In this document: positions 20,996 through 31,493 of the stretch, one piece after another
Layout: each line of letters starts with the position of its first letter
Position numbering within the stretch: the first letter of the stretch is position 1
IMG/VR virus record: IMGVR_UViG_3300009095_000011
Coordinates: 1 to 64,000 of that record
Length of the DNA stretch: 64,000 nucleotides
Strand: one strand, 5' to 3'
Source of the DNA: a virus
Taxonomy: Duplodnaviria; Caudoviricetes
Position numbers and translations under genes: made by a program
The notes under the pieces: model-generated
What the model was told of the DNA's origin: nothing
Database searches by the model: none
What the model saw: the letters and a program-made list of their open reading frames with translations, nothing else

Positions 20996-21818
20996 GTAAA
21001 CTACCCACCCACGCATAGCGATGGGTTGGGCTTTAAACCTAAGAACGAATGCACTTGACAGTACAACATACTCGGCTTTTCAGGATGGTTTACAACTTTT
21101 TAAGTTGCTTTAACCGCTCTGCAACGTCATTTGAATACTCTATAAATTCATTTGATAAAGCAACTGTTTTTCTTTCTTCGGCTCTTTTCAGCAACCACTC
21201 TTTAGCTAATTCTAATTGTGGCTTTTTCTCTATACTAAAACGGATGATAGCTTCTATGAAATTAAATAAATCATCATTTTTAACAATCGTCCAAGAATAT
21301 AACGGTTTGTTTGTAAAATGTTTTTTGGTTCTAATAACTCCATTAAAATATTTAGCATACAATTCTAATGTTTGTTTATTAGAAATAGATACAATTACAA
21401 CTAATCGCTGTTTTAGTTTACCAGAGTCTTTTAAAGACATTCTAATACACCCTTCACCATCGAAGTGTCCAGATAGATATGCTTTAATATTTTCAGGTAT
21501 TTGCTTATGGTATTCGGACAATTCAGGATACGCATGTATCCCCATTCTGTTTGCTTTGGTTTTTACTGCACTTCTTGTTTTATTTACAAGTAATGCAATC
21601 CTATCAAAATCGTCAGATGTTTTAATTTCCTTTAATAATTCTGTTTGTTCTTTTGTCCAATTATACATGGTTTCTTTTTTTACAAGGGTACAAAAAAATA
21701 CCCAAACAATGCAATATCAGAAAATAATTTTAAATTTGTTTAACTTTAAAAGCGTTAGCGTGTCGCTTACCTCCCATCCACACCTATCGGTGATGAATGG
21801 GTTTCACGCTCCATTATT
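20996..21818 (-). mobile_element. IS200/IS605-type non-autonomous element carrying a LAGLIDADG gene
   Basis: Subterminal hairpins at both ends homologous to those of 44198-44444; no target duplication; TTCAT immediately 5' of the left end. Confidence 0.75.
21090..21668 (-). CDS. Single-motif LAGLIDADG endonuclease with N-terminal Myb/HTH-like domain
   Basis: AYLSGHFDGEGCI; WTKEQTELLK...IALLVNKTRSAVKTKA; EKKPQLEL. Confidence 0.85.
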   Translation of the reverse strand: MYNWTKEQTELLKEIKTSDDFDRIALLVNKTRSAVKTKANRMGIHAYPELSEYHKQIPENIKAYLSGHFDGEGCIRMSLKDSGKLKQRLVVIVSISNKQTLELYAKYFNGVIRTKKHFTNKPLYSWTIVKNDDLFNFIEAIIRFSIEKKPQLELAKEWLLKRAEERKTVALSNEFIEYSNDVAERLKQLKKL

Positions 21819-21851
21819 ATGAATTTATTTTAAGTATTTGAAATAGTTTTT

Positions 21852-22646
21852 TCATATCGATTTATTTTTGAGTTTTTCTAATAGTTTTTGTTTCTTTATT
21901 CGCTTTTCAATTTGTCGTGCTTCTTCTAACTTCATATCTTTAACTACTTCATGAACTTGCGGGATATCTTTACCCTCATTGGTTACATCTTCATAGCCCA
22001 CATCTTCAACCTCAAACTGATCAACAACATTTTCATATTTGGGTTTATCTTGTTTTTGCTCAATTTGATTAGTTACCATTACTGTAGTTTTAATTTGAGT
22101 TTGTTCCTCAAGTTCACCTTTGGCTTTCTTTAATAATAAAAGGATTTCTTTCTTTTCATCTATTGAAAGTTTTGATAAATCAAGATTACTTGATGGCAAT
22201 AATTCTTCATCTTGCTGAGCTTGTTCTACTATATCGTTCTTTAGTTCTACCTCTAATTGGTTCTTCTGCACTACTCCCAATAGTTTTTCTTTTCTCTTCA
22301 GTGCTTCCATCGCAGTGAGGTAATGATGTATTAATCTATTTCTATCTGTAACTTTCGCTCCATTGGTTGTTATAGGGTTTCGGTTCTTTTCGTAGATGAT
22401 ATCATATTTCGATGCATGATTGATCATTACATCTTCAATATTGAAATCAAGTTCATTCTGGATTATCTGTCTGGCCTCAACTATAAGATGTTGCACCTTC
22501 TGTTCTGACTTAATGGAAGGATATTTTTCCATTATATCCTTATAGATATCAGTATTTAATTTACCTTCATTGAGGTATTGTTTAATATCAAGTAGTACTT
22601 GATCTTTATCTAAGGTGCTTCGTAAATGGGTTACTTGTTTAGACAT
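21852..22646 (-). CDS. Terminase small subunit-like protein (paralog of 25271-25753)
   Basis: Motifs shared with 25271-25753; close to TerL. Confidence 0.45.
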   Translation of the reverse strand: MSKQVTHLRSTLDKDQVLLDIKQYLNEGKLNTDIYKDIMEKYPSIKSEQKVQHLIVEARQIIQNELDFNIEDVMINHASKYDIIYEKNRNPITTNGAKVTDRNRLIHHYLTAMEALKRKEKLLGVVQKNQLEVELKNDIVEQAQQDEELLPSSNLDLSKLSIDEKKEILLLLKKAKGELEEQTQIKTTVMVTNQIEQKQDKPKYENVVDQFEVEDVGYEDVTNEGKDIPQVHEVVKDMKLEEARQIEKRIKKQKLLEKLKNKSI

Positions 22647-22792
22647 TTACAATTTAAATAGTTTAATATACTTTCTTTTGTTCTTTCCATAGAATAGCAC
22701 TACATCTTTGTATTTTGTTACCTGGATGTTTGGTTTGTAAATTATCTCTAATATACAAAGAATCAGAATGATAACAAGGAAGATGTCTGCCA

Positions 22793-23143
22793 TCATACTC
22801 TTAATAATAATTTACCATAGAACAAATTAAACACTATTGAATAAACTATCCAATAAATTACTAAATCTATGTAAAATGTAGTTAATGTTTGATAGGTTAC
22901 TATTGATGCAATAGTTAGTATAAGAAAAATGAATTTAAATAGGTGATAGGCATCTGACCATATTACACTAATATATTTATTAAATAGTGTTGGTTTCATT
23001 TCGTATTTTCTTTTCCAGCTATAGGTAGGATTCCACCATTTGGGATCTAATTTACTGAATATAGAAATACTAAAATGATGTATGAGTGTTTCTATTATTG
23101 AGTAACATATTATTGCAAGAATGAATGTGATTAGTGATAGCAT
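22793..23143 (-). CDS. Membrane protein
   Basis: Three TM helices; WWNP..SWKRKY...DAYHLFK. Confidence 0.55.
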   Translation of the reverse strand: MLSLITFILAIICYSIIETLIHHFSISIFSKLDPKWWNPTYSWKRKYEMKPTLFNKYISVIWSDAYHLFKFIFLILTIASIVTYQTLTTFYIDLVIYWIVYSIVFNLFYGKLLLRV

Positions 23144-23653
23144 GTTGTTTTATTGTTATAAATTATCTTCAGCCCATTCATTAACTTTATCTATATCTTT
23201 ATAATATGGATCTCTACCATAATGTAAAGTGTCTTGTTCATATTTATAAAGTATTTCTATTATCTCTTTTCTACTCCAACTGTCTTTAAAATCTTCTTTG
23301 GTTAAATCAGCACCATTCTTTGAAGCATATTTTTCAATATCTTCTTCAGAACCTCCTCTATTTAATATTTGATCGTCATCCATAACTTTCTTTTGTTATT
23401 ACTTATTTAATTAGACAATTAGTTTAAACAACTACACCACGTGAAGGTTTGTCTATTGTAGTCATTTTAGAGATTGAATGAGTAGTATAGTGTTAAGTTC
23501 ACATTGCTACTTTTCCGGGGTACTTATTTCAACATTACAATCTCTTGGATTTTCAACCTTTTCTTTTAGCTGCATTAATCGCTATTCAACTGATAGTTGC
23601 AGTGATTTCTTTTCTTTTAAAAGTATCAGCTTTGTTGAATGTCTTATTGTTAT

Positions 23654-23686
23654 GTAAATATAAGGATTATATTTGATATGTGCAAA
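23654..23686 (-). promoter_or_regulatory. Bacteroidota-type promoter
   Basis: TTTGCA-N18-TATATTTAC. Confidence 0.65.
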
Positions 23687-23706
23687 TGTCGGGAAAAATA
23701 TTTTAT

Positions 23707-25140
23707 CTACATTAATAAGAAGTCGAAATCACTACCCATTAATAATTCATCTACTGCCATAGTTAAAACATCAGTCATATCCCATCGTGATGCAAAGGGC
23801 TGCATGCATAATTGTGACAAAAATGGACCTAAATAAGCACCTTCAATAAATTTTACTCTTCCAGATTTAATAAATGGAACAACAGCATTTAGTCTCATTT
23901 TTTTGTCTTTAATTGGATTTTTTGCCTCTACTACTTTTAATTGGGTTTGTTTCCTTAAAATATCAACTATATCCTGACCACTTGCTTTGGGTTCTATATA
24001 AATCAATGACCCATTACTGTAATGATTTGCTTGGACATATTGTTGTATATAGGGAATGTTTTGAGTAATAGTAAGCCATTCTTCATGAACATTAATTACA
24101 TATAGATCTCCCTTTCGTTTAAAACAAGCAAGGTATGCATTGGGGTCGTTCTCATGTTTATCTGTATATGATGTATCTAAAAAGAAATATATTGGTTCAT
24201 CTACTGGATTTCTAATGATACTATGAGCACTTACTTTTTCAATCCATTCATATTTAACCATACCTCCCTCTGGTGGAGATGGACTTTGTAGATACTGAGA
24301 AGCAAAGTCAGATTCACTCATTTCCTTCTGTTTCTCATTAATTACATGAATCGGAAATCTTTCTTGCCAAAATGTTCCTTTGCCATCTTCACCATATTTA
24401 TCAACAAATTGATCATAGGGTGTCAAATCTTTTGTAAGAATTGCAGGAACAATAAAATGTCTATAATTGAGATTTCTTTCTTTTACTATACCGCATGGAT
24501 CGTTTTGGGCAAGTCTTTGCATTACAAGAACCTTCAATCCGTAGATTTGAGATCTGAAACGAGAGGGAACAGTTTTAAACCAAAATTCATCTGCTGCCTT
24601 CACTTCTGCCTCACTGGCCCCATCTTGTGCATTCAACAAGTCATCGCCAATTATTATATCATAGTGAAATCCTGTATCAACATAAGCAACACGAACTCCA
24701 CCATGATTATTTTCAATTCTTTCTTCTGTAGATTTAGTGAGTTTATATTTATTACCCCAAAGTTTTTGATACCAGTCTGTATTAATTAATCTTGCAGCCT
24801 TACGACAATGATCGGTAGATAGTGCTCTCTTATATGAATCTGTAGCTAATCTAACATGAGGTGCAAATGACCATATCCATGCAATACTGCAAACAGAAAA
24901 GATCATTGATTTACTACTGGAAGGAGGAAGGTTAAAAGATAAATCGTAAGGTTTGGGTTCTTTTTTTACTACTCTCTCAACTGCTTCCTGGAAAATATTA
25001 CATGCTTCCTCTATATGCCAATTCCAGCTCCAGACGTTATCCGGCTCAATTTTGGTAACAGCTTCCTTTAAAAACTCATAATAGCTTTCCCTGTAAATGT
25101 CTCTCTGTAATTCGAGTTCAAATTCCTGCCCTAATTTCAC
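23707..25140 (-). CDS. terL: Terminase large subunit
   Basis: WNWHIE, NLPPSSSKS Walker A variant, IIIGDD Walker B, VMQRL, FASQYLQSP, nuclease domain FLDTS, IEPKASG, WDMTD. Confidence 0.92.
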   Translation of the reverse strand: MKLGQEFELELQRDIYRESYYEFLKEAVTKIEPDNVWSWNWHIEEACNIFQEAVERVVKKEPKPYDLSFNLPPSSSKSMIFSVCSIAWIWSFAPHVRLATDSYKRALSTDHCRKAARLINTDWYQKLWGNKYKLTKSTEERIENNHGGVRVAYVDTGFHYDIIIGDDLLNAQDGASEAEVKAADEFWFKTVPSRFRSQIYGLKVLVMQRLAQNDPCGIVKERNLNYRHFIVPAILTKDLTPYDQFVDKYGEDGKGTFWQERFPIHVINEKQKEMSESDFASQYLQSPSPPEGGMVKYEWIEKVSAHSIIRNPVDEPIYFFLDTSYTDKHENDPNAYLACFKRKGDLYVINVHEEWLTITQNIPYIQQYVQANHYSNGSLIYIEPKASGQDIVDILRKQTQLKVVEAKNPIKDKKMRLNAVVPFIKSGRVKFIEGAYLGPFLSQLCMQPFASRWDMTDVLTMAVDELLMGSDFDFLLM

Positions 25141-25175
25141 AATGTCATGACTGTGAGTATTTTCATTACGGTTTA

Positions 25176-25207
25176 AAAACAGATAGCCACGTTTTAGTGG
25201 CTACCTG
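25176..25207 (-). terminator. Rho-independent terminator-like hairpin
   Basis: Minus strand CAGGTAGCCAC-TAAAAC-GTGGCTATCTG-TTTTT. Confidence 0.55.
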
Positions 25208-25270
25208 CGATGTTTAACTTAAATAAAAAAGATGAAAGAACAAATTTACAAAACTTTTATCAATTATGCA

Positions 25271-25753
25271 CTACTTTTTACATTTATCTACTAATTGTTT
25301 TAATCTTTTTAATTCTTGCTCAGTTAGCTTTGTGTAATCATATAGATTTGGTTGCTGTTTCTTTTCAATTAGATTATGAATGCTTACTCCTATTGTGTTA
25401 CTATGAAGTCCTAATAATCTTTCAATACAACCAAGAGCATCCATTGCGTATCTATCGCAGTCCATTTTAAGGAATGTTTGATAGAACCATTCATATCTGT
25501 CTGCATGGATTACCCTTATGTGAATTAAATCATCATTTAATAACTGTCTTACTTTGTCTTTAGCTCTCTGAGCATATTGATTGTATCTATTCTCAGTGAG
25601 TTCATAAGTAGTCATCATATATTTTTTTACATCACTATATGATTTTCCTTGTAGACGTAATTGAGCTATTTCACTAACCCTTTTGGCTACCTCTATATCA
25701 TTGAATCTTACTTCCTTTGTATTTTTTGGTTTTGTCTTTCTTTTTCTTGCCAC
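25271..25753 (-). CDS. Putative terminase small subunit
   Basis: Directly upstream of terL; HTH-like LRLQGKSYSDV; RLLGL; C-terminal DYTKLTEQEL. Confidence 0.6.
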   Translation of the reverse strand: MARKRKTKPKNTKEVRFNDIEVAKRVSEIAQLRLQGKSYSDVKKYMMTTYELTENRYNQYAQRAKDKVRQLLNDDLIHIRVIHADRYEWFYQTFLKMDCDRYAMDALGCIERLLGLHSNTIGVSIHNLIEKKQQPNLYDYTKLTEQELKRLKQLVDKCKK

Positions 25754-26207
25754 ATCAATTTAAAAGATTAAGATTAAAACCATTAACAAGCATATGAAGT
25801 TTTTCATATGACATATCTACGCAATAAATCTTATTGTCATCCCACATGTGATATATAATGCAAGTTCCATCTTCACACTCTTCTATTTCATAGTTTTGAA
25901 GATCAACACTTATTCGGAACTTTCCCCCTTTATCATTAATTGCTACTAAAGCCGTTTTTACTTGAGGTTGTATCATAATAATGATTGTATTGCTTGTTGT
26001 TTGCTTTGATAACAATTATTTGATTTAACAAGGTTTTTATGCTTATTATCATTAGGATCAAATTTACTCCATACTATTTTAAGAGTAGGTAGGTTGTTTT
26101 CTAATGCCTCCTTAATATACCAGAATTTATCTCCTGGATTTGGTATGAAATTATTATGATCTATTTCACTGTTCATCTATGTAAAGATACAAAAATTTTT
26201 ATTTACA

Positions 26208-27506
26208 TCATAAATTAGCATTGATAATATTTATCAATCCTGCATCCTTATCCCATACAAAAGCCTCTGTTCCTCTAATAGTACCTACATATCCATTGCT
26301 GTAATGATAGTCATCCAAAGATGCTATTGATCGCGTTATTCTGAATGTACATCCTTTATATTCTTTTACAGTATTGTTTTCATTGACTATAATTGAATTA
26401 CTTTTCTTTACAAGGTGATGTTTGTCTCCTGTATGCATTTCTCTGTATTTTGTAGCTCCCCATAATTGAGGTTGTTCTGCTGCAAATATTTCATTCCATG
26501 CTTTCTCTGGTACCTTATCGCCATGAGCAAATCCTATTGCACATTGTCCATATTGAATGTATTTGCGCTTCATAGGACTGTTATTAACTGTTATATTGGT
26601 ATTATTATAGAAATATGCTTCAAGAGTACTTCCCATATAAAAGGATCTTGTTGCATCGTGATTCCCCGGTATTACAATAATTTCAACAGGTGCAATTTGA
26701 GATAATTTTAGTGCTTGATCTCTTGCTATTTGAACTCCTTTCGAAAAAGTCTTTTGCCATCTGGTATCTTCATCTTGTGGAGTTCCTTTAGTTGTTGTAT
26801 TGTCAAGATTGTCCACATTAAAGAAATCACTACCTACGACATATAATATTTTATCATATGAATAATGATTTGTTCTTTGAACAATAGTATCAATGGTATT
26901 ATTATAGAGTTCCTCAGCTATCTTTAAATCATAATCTTCTCCTACTTCTTTAGCCCAGGCATGTTTACCTAAATGAAAATCATGAATGCCTACTTCAAGC
27001 ATTTTATCATTTTCAGTAAATTTAAAATTGATAGTTGGGAATTTGGGAGCTTGTTTAAAAAGCTGTTCACTCACAAAGGTGAGAAATAAATTAGGATCGG
27101 TTTGAATTGTTTTTTTTACAAGGAAAAGTTTAATTTGATAATTTGTATATGTGATACCGTGTTTATTAGTAACATCCCAACTGTTGGCTGTGAATTTTTC
27201 TACTTCCCATTGTTCAGTGTCTATTTCAAAATATTCAATGGCTTGTTCAAGAGATGTTAAGCTTTTTCTTCCTTTGTATTCAAAATTAGCTTTATTGCCA
27301 CTAAATTCACTTCTTTTCTGCTCATCTGATTGATCTTCTATCTTATGGGGATTATCTAATTTTGCAACTTTAGCCACATGCCTTCGCATCTTTTCAACTG
27401 ATCTGCTATCAGTATCATTTTCCTCAATTATCATTGTTGCTATGTGTGTAAAAGTAGCATTAGGATATTGCTTGAGGTATTTGAGTATTAATTCTTTGTA
27501 TTTCAA
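26208..27506 (-). CDS. Calcineurin-like metallophosphoesterase
   Basis: DFHLG, GSDFFN, PGNHD, AHGD, HTGDKHH. Confidence 0.85.
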   Translation of the reverse strand: MKYKELILKYLKQYPNATFTHIATMIIEENDTDSRSVEKMRRHVAKVAKLDNPHKIEDQSDEQKRSEFSGNKANFEYKGRKSLTSLEQAIEYFEIDTEQWEVEKFTANSWDVTNKHGITYTNYQIKLFLVKKTIQTDPNLFLTFVSEQLFKQAPKFPTINFKFTENDKMLEVGIHDFHLGKHAWAKEVGEDYDLKIAEELYNNTIDTIVQRTNHYSYDKILYVVGSDFFNVDNLDNTTTKGTPQDEDTRWQKTFSKGVQIARDQALKLSQIAPVEIIVIPGNHDATRSFYMGSTLEAYFYNNTNITVNNSPMKRKYIQYGQCAIGFAHGDKVPEKAWNEIFAAEQPQLWGATKYREMHTGDKHHLVKKSNSIIVNENNTVKEYKGCTFRITRSIASLDDYHYSNGYVGTIRGTEAFVWDKDAGLINIINANL

Positions 27507-27597
27507 CCTTTAAAAAATTATGATTCAACTAACAGTTGTTTAGGCGATTGTCTTTCCCATTTGTACCCCATTTAAGAACGCAAAGAATAAAAACGGG

Positions 27598-27650
27598 GTA
27601 CAACACACAGTAAGCGGCATTAAAACGACCGCTTACTTACACCGTTACTA
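27598..27650 (+). repeat. Solo short attC-like site
   Basis: GTACAAC-ACAC-AGTAAGCGG-loop-CCGCTTACT-TACACC-GTTACTA; loop shares GCATTAAAACGA with the array terminus at 48965. Confidence 0.55.
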
Positions 27651-27889
27651 TGATGATTTGGATTTAACCATTTATAGCTCATTTAATATGCTTTATGATA
27701 TCATACAATCTCTCTATATGATCTGTTATTAAATCACTTGTATTTATTTTTAGATCCATATCATAAATTGCCTCTTCAATAATTGTATAATGAGAGGGTG
27801 AATGAATATCATTTGTGGTTTGCCATCCTTTTATTAAATCACCAATGGCTTGAATTGTTTGCTTTTGTTTATCGTTTGCTTTCATAAAC

Positions 27890-29347
27890 TTAAATTGTAA
27901 TATATATTAATTGTTGTTTATGACGAGTTCTGGCAACATAGTCAAGATTTCGTTCTTGTATAAGTTGTTCTTTTGTGGTTGCATATTTTGAGGGAATAAG
28001 CTTCTTACCATCATAATGAGTGAGATAAAAAACAATATCATTCTCAAGTCCTTTTGCCCTATGGATTGTCATTAGTTTAACTCCTGGTCTATTTTCATCA
28101 AATATTTCATGAAGCTTTTGTTTAACAACAGATATGTGATCATATTTTCTAATAAACAATGCAATAATGTCTGCTTTTTCTTCAAATACTATATACTTAT
28201 AATGATTTTTGGGATTTTCAACACCCTCCTGCTTTAATTTGTCGTAAATATACGTTTTTTCTTGTTCTAATGCAAATAAAGCCTCTTGTTTGTTTAAATC
28301 CTCAAGCTTATTTACAATGGTAAGAAGTCCTTTCTCAGTATCTTTACCAACTATTGTAGCTTTCTTTTCCATTTCGAGTAAATGAAAGTATAAATCTACC
28401 AATGGTCTTGTGTTACGACAAACAACATAATCTTTCTCCTCAATTTCTTCAATGGTTCCCTTTCGCATTATGCCCTCAATGTTTGCTGGATTTGATTCTA
28501 ACTTTTCATTGATTTCTTGAGCATGTTTTACTCCTGACTTTGGAAGTCTATAAGAGATTGACAGGGGAAGATTAAGGGTATCGAATTTGTTTTTGAATTT
28601 TGTAATCGACTGAGTATCAGCGCCAATAAAATTGTAAATACTTTGAAAATCGTCGCCCACACCAACTATTCTACCCCCAGGGCGAATCATTTTATATAAT
28701 AATAAATGCTGTATGGGTGACATATCTTGAAGCTCGTCGATTAGAACTACATCATACTGAGGTACTTGTAGATTTAAGAATACAGGAAAATAAAGCATAT
28801 CTACAAAATCAATAATGAATTGCTTATGTCTGCCTCTATTGTATTTATTAAGATCATCAAATACTTCCAATGAATGTGATAATTCGCCATTTTTACAAAC
28901 GATATCGTAATTATCAACTACTTTTTTAAATCCAGATTCATCTGATACATGAGTGATCCTTGCAAAGTCAATGATTGATTGAATAGTGAGCTTATAAATG
29001 AACTCTTCCTTCTTGGGCAATTTAAGCGGTTTTACGACATTATCACTCAATTGTAGTGTCTTATATTGATTGAGCTTAAATTGTCCTCCTATGGCGTTCC
29101 TAATAGCTCCAAATCCATAGCTATGTAATGTTTGACATTCTACATGAAATGGTAGCTTAGATTTGATATCTTCCACAATCGATTTATTGAAAGCAACAAC
29201 AATAGCTTTCTTGTATCGTGGTATTCTTTTGGCAAGTTCTTTTAGGATAGTTGATTTTCCAGATCCTGGCCCTGCCTCAATACATAGATTACGATTTGTT
29301 TTATCAAATGCATCAAAGATGTCTGACTGATATTTTGAAGGAATCAT
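27890..29347 (-). CDS. UvrD/Rep-family SF1 helicase
   Basis: AGPGSGKS, IDELQD, VGDDFQSIY, SYR, TIHRAKGLE, YVARTR. Confidence 0.92.
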   Translation of the reverse strand: MIPSKYQSDIFDAFDKTNRNLCIEAGPGSGKSTILKELAKRIPRYKKAIVVAFNKSIVEDIKSKLPFHVECQTLHSYGFGAIRNAIGGQFKLNQYKTLQLSDNVVKPLKLPKKEEFIYKLTIQSIIDFARITHVSDESGFKKVVDNYDIVCKNGELSHSLEVFDDLNKYNRGRHKQFIIDFVDMLYFPVFLNLQVPQYDVVLIDELQDMSPIQHLLLYKMIRPGGRIVGVGDDFQSIYNFIGADTQSITKFKNKFDTLNLPLSISYRLPKSGVKHAQEINEKLESNPANIEGIMRKGTIEEIEEKDYVVCRNTRPLVDLYFHLLEMEKKATIVGKDTEKGLLTIVNKLEDLNKQEALFALEQEKTYIYDKLKQEGVENPKNHYKYIVFEEKADIIALFIRKYDHISVVKQKLHEIFDENRPGVKLMTIHRAKGLENDIVFYLTHYDGKKLIPSKYATTKEQLIQERNLDYVARTRHKQQLIYITI

Positions 29348-30994
29348 TTGTGGGTTTTAAATGGTTTGCATCTTTAATGCAAATAAATTTATGATTTTAT
29401 TCTGTTCTTTAAGATGATATTGATCTTTATTGTCCTTATATTCTCTCCATAGATCAAATAAATCTTCTATGTTTACACAAGCTTTTATTCTTAACTCTAT
29501 GTCTATCTCATGATAGTCATTAGGCAATAAAGCTTTGATTATCTTTCTTATAACTTTCATGACTAATCATTCAAACCATGATTTAATATCTTCATCATCT
29601 ACCGTATACCTTGAATTATTTTCATAATGATCAAAATCAAGTTCATCCTGAGCATCTTTTGCAATTGCACCCATACCTTTAAATATTGCTATAAGAAACA
29701 ATATGCCTATTATAATTAAAAATATTACTACGGTTATCATGATTGAAATTTTTTACCATTTGGATAATGAGATAATAAATCAAATCCTTTTTTGTTTGAT
29801 TCAAGAAAAGAAAAGTCTATTTCTTCATGATCAAGCTTCATATATGGATGAGTTATTCTTTTACTTTCTTCTCTAAAATTCCAATTTTCAGTGATCTTAA
29901 CATCGCCCTTATTCATATAGGGCTGCATTGTGTTAGTTTTGTTTGAGACTTCCATAATAATTTTAATTATAATATAAATCAAAAAATTTATCAAACTTAG
30001 TAATAAAATGCTTTATAAAAAAGCCATTTTCGTTATACAATTGACATTCAAAATGACTACATTTATTGCCATTCTCTATTATGTTTGTTATTGTTTTAAC
30101 CCTTCCATTTTGATGATATTCATAGGAAGTTCCTGTCAACTTATTTGTTCCTTTTATCACACAATTATCCATATGTAATCTACCATCTGGATAATAAGAT
30201 AGTTTTCGCTCTTCCATCACACCGGTATTTTAGTTAACGTTCTGCTATCAAAATCTTTTCTTTCACACATCTCTAATGCCATTCTCCAAGCTTGAGATTG
30301 ATTCTCTGCTTTAAATGATATAGTGAAGTATGCATTTGTTGGCTTATCCATAACCTCAAAATGAAATGTTTTGTCTTGAGGAAACGACTTTATTATTCTT
30401 CCTGCGATCCTGTCTATTAACTGTTGCAATGGATCAGGAATAAATATTTTTCTTTGATTTGCTGTTGTCATAATTACGATTTTTAAGTACTATACCTATT
30501 GATGTTAATGACATAGAAGCTAATACAAAGGAAATGAATAATATTGCTATTTGTTCCATTTTGCACCTCCCTTATACACTACCCTGCCATCACTGAAAGT
30601 ATGAGCTACCTGTAATGATGGTTTAGGTATTCCTCTGAATTGGTTTATGAAGTTGTAAAAATTGGTTTCTGCTTGTTTAGTTTTAAAAGTAGGAACTTTC
30701 ATTGTTTTGTTCTTTAAATAAAAATTAATAACTCAATTCTCTCATTGTCATAACAGTTAAGCTTCTGAATTTCTGCCTAACCATACCTTTGATAAACACA
30801 TTAGTTTCCTCAATGTATAATCTACGTGCATCAACAGTCACTAACTGACCTTGTGAATTGAGTTTCAAAAATACTCCATCAACAAAGTTATCTCCCTTTA
30901 CAGCTCCACCATTCATCACTACTTCAAGTGCTTGATAAAAGTTTAAATCATAATTTTGCTTTTCCATTTCTTTATCTTTTAGTTAAACATCTAT

Positions 30995-31026
30995 GTAAAT
31001 ATAACTCTTTTATCAATGCTTTGCAA
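30995..31026 (-). promoter_or_regulatory. Bacteroidota-type promoter with shared leader
   Basis: TTGCA-N18-TATATTTAC followed by ATAGATGTTTAAC, as at 37714. Confidence 0.6.
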
Positions 31027-31321
31027 GTTCTTTGTCTTTTTTATTTCGACTCTTAGCGACAATTTTTTTGATTTGATCGAACTCTTTTGAATGAGTTACT
31101 TGATATATCTTGTTATCATCTGCACTGAATATGTACACATCGTACTTACTTGTCTTTTTGTTTTGGTAAACCTGGACAAGAACGCTGTCTATTTCTTTAT
31201 CATAGACAATGTGGGTTTTTGTTTCACTTGATACTGTGAAACCTAAGTCTTTGAGTTGATCGTCCTGTGCAAATACAGCAAGGGAGATTAAGATTAGTGT
31301 GGTAGTGAATAAAGTTTTCAT
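31013..31321 (-). CDS. Secreted hypothetical protein
   Basis: Signal peptide MKTLF...AVFA; own promoter at 31344-31376. Confidence 0.55.
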   Translation of the reverse strand: MKTLFTTTLILISLAVFAQDDQLKDLGFTVSSETKTHIVYDKEIDSVLVQVYQNKKTSKYDVYIFSADDNKIYQVTHSKEFDQIKKIVAKSRNKKDKELAKH

Positions 31322-31436
31322 CTTTTTTATTTTAGTTTACACTATAAATATACAACTTATATTTGATATATGCAAATGTTTATTTAAGTTGTATTTGCAA
31401 ATCCTTAAATATTTAATTAAAACTTAAATATAAAGT

Positions 31437-31485
31437 ATTGAAAATCAAATATTTAAAAACGGTTGTTTATATATAGTAGTTATCG
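31437..31485 (+). other. attI-like site of cassette array B
   Basis: ATTGAAAATCAA...TTATATATAGTAGTTA matches ATTCATAATCAA...TTATATATAATAGTTA next to the integrase. Confidence 0.65.
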
Positions 31486-31493
31486 GTAATTAG

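Larger units (their letters stand above)
20799..21855 (-). pseudogene. Small membrane-protein gene interrupted by the 20996-21818 element
   Basis: Removing 20996-21818 gives in-frame MKKLFQILKINSFGDFWLPLVLSF...; its ATG (21855) overlaps the upstream TGA. Confidence 0.7.

Noticed and set aside
20996-21818. Group I intron or IStron hosting the LAGLIDADG gene
   Set aside because: The non-coding flanks (about 150 and 94 nt) are largely taken up by end hairpins and a promoter. No intron core is recognisable and the element ends in C, not G.
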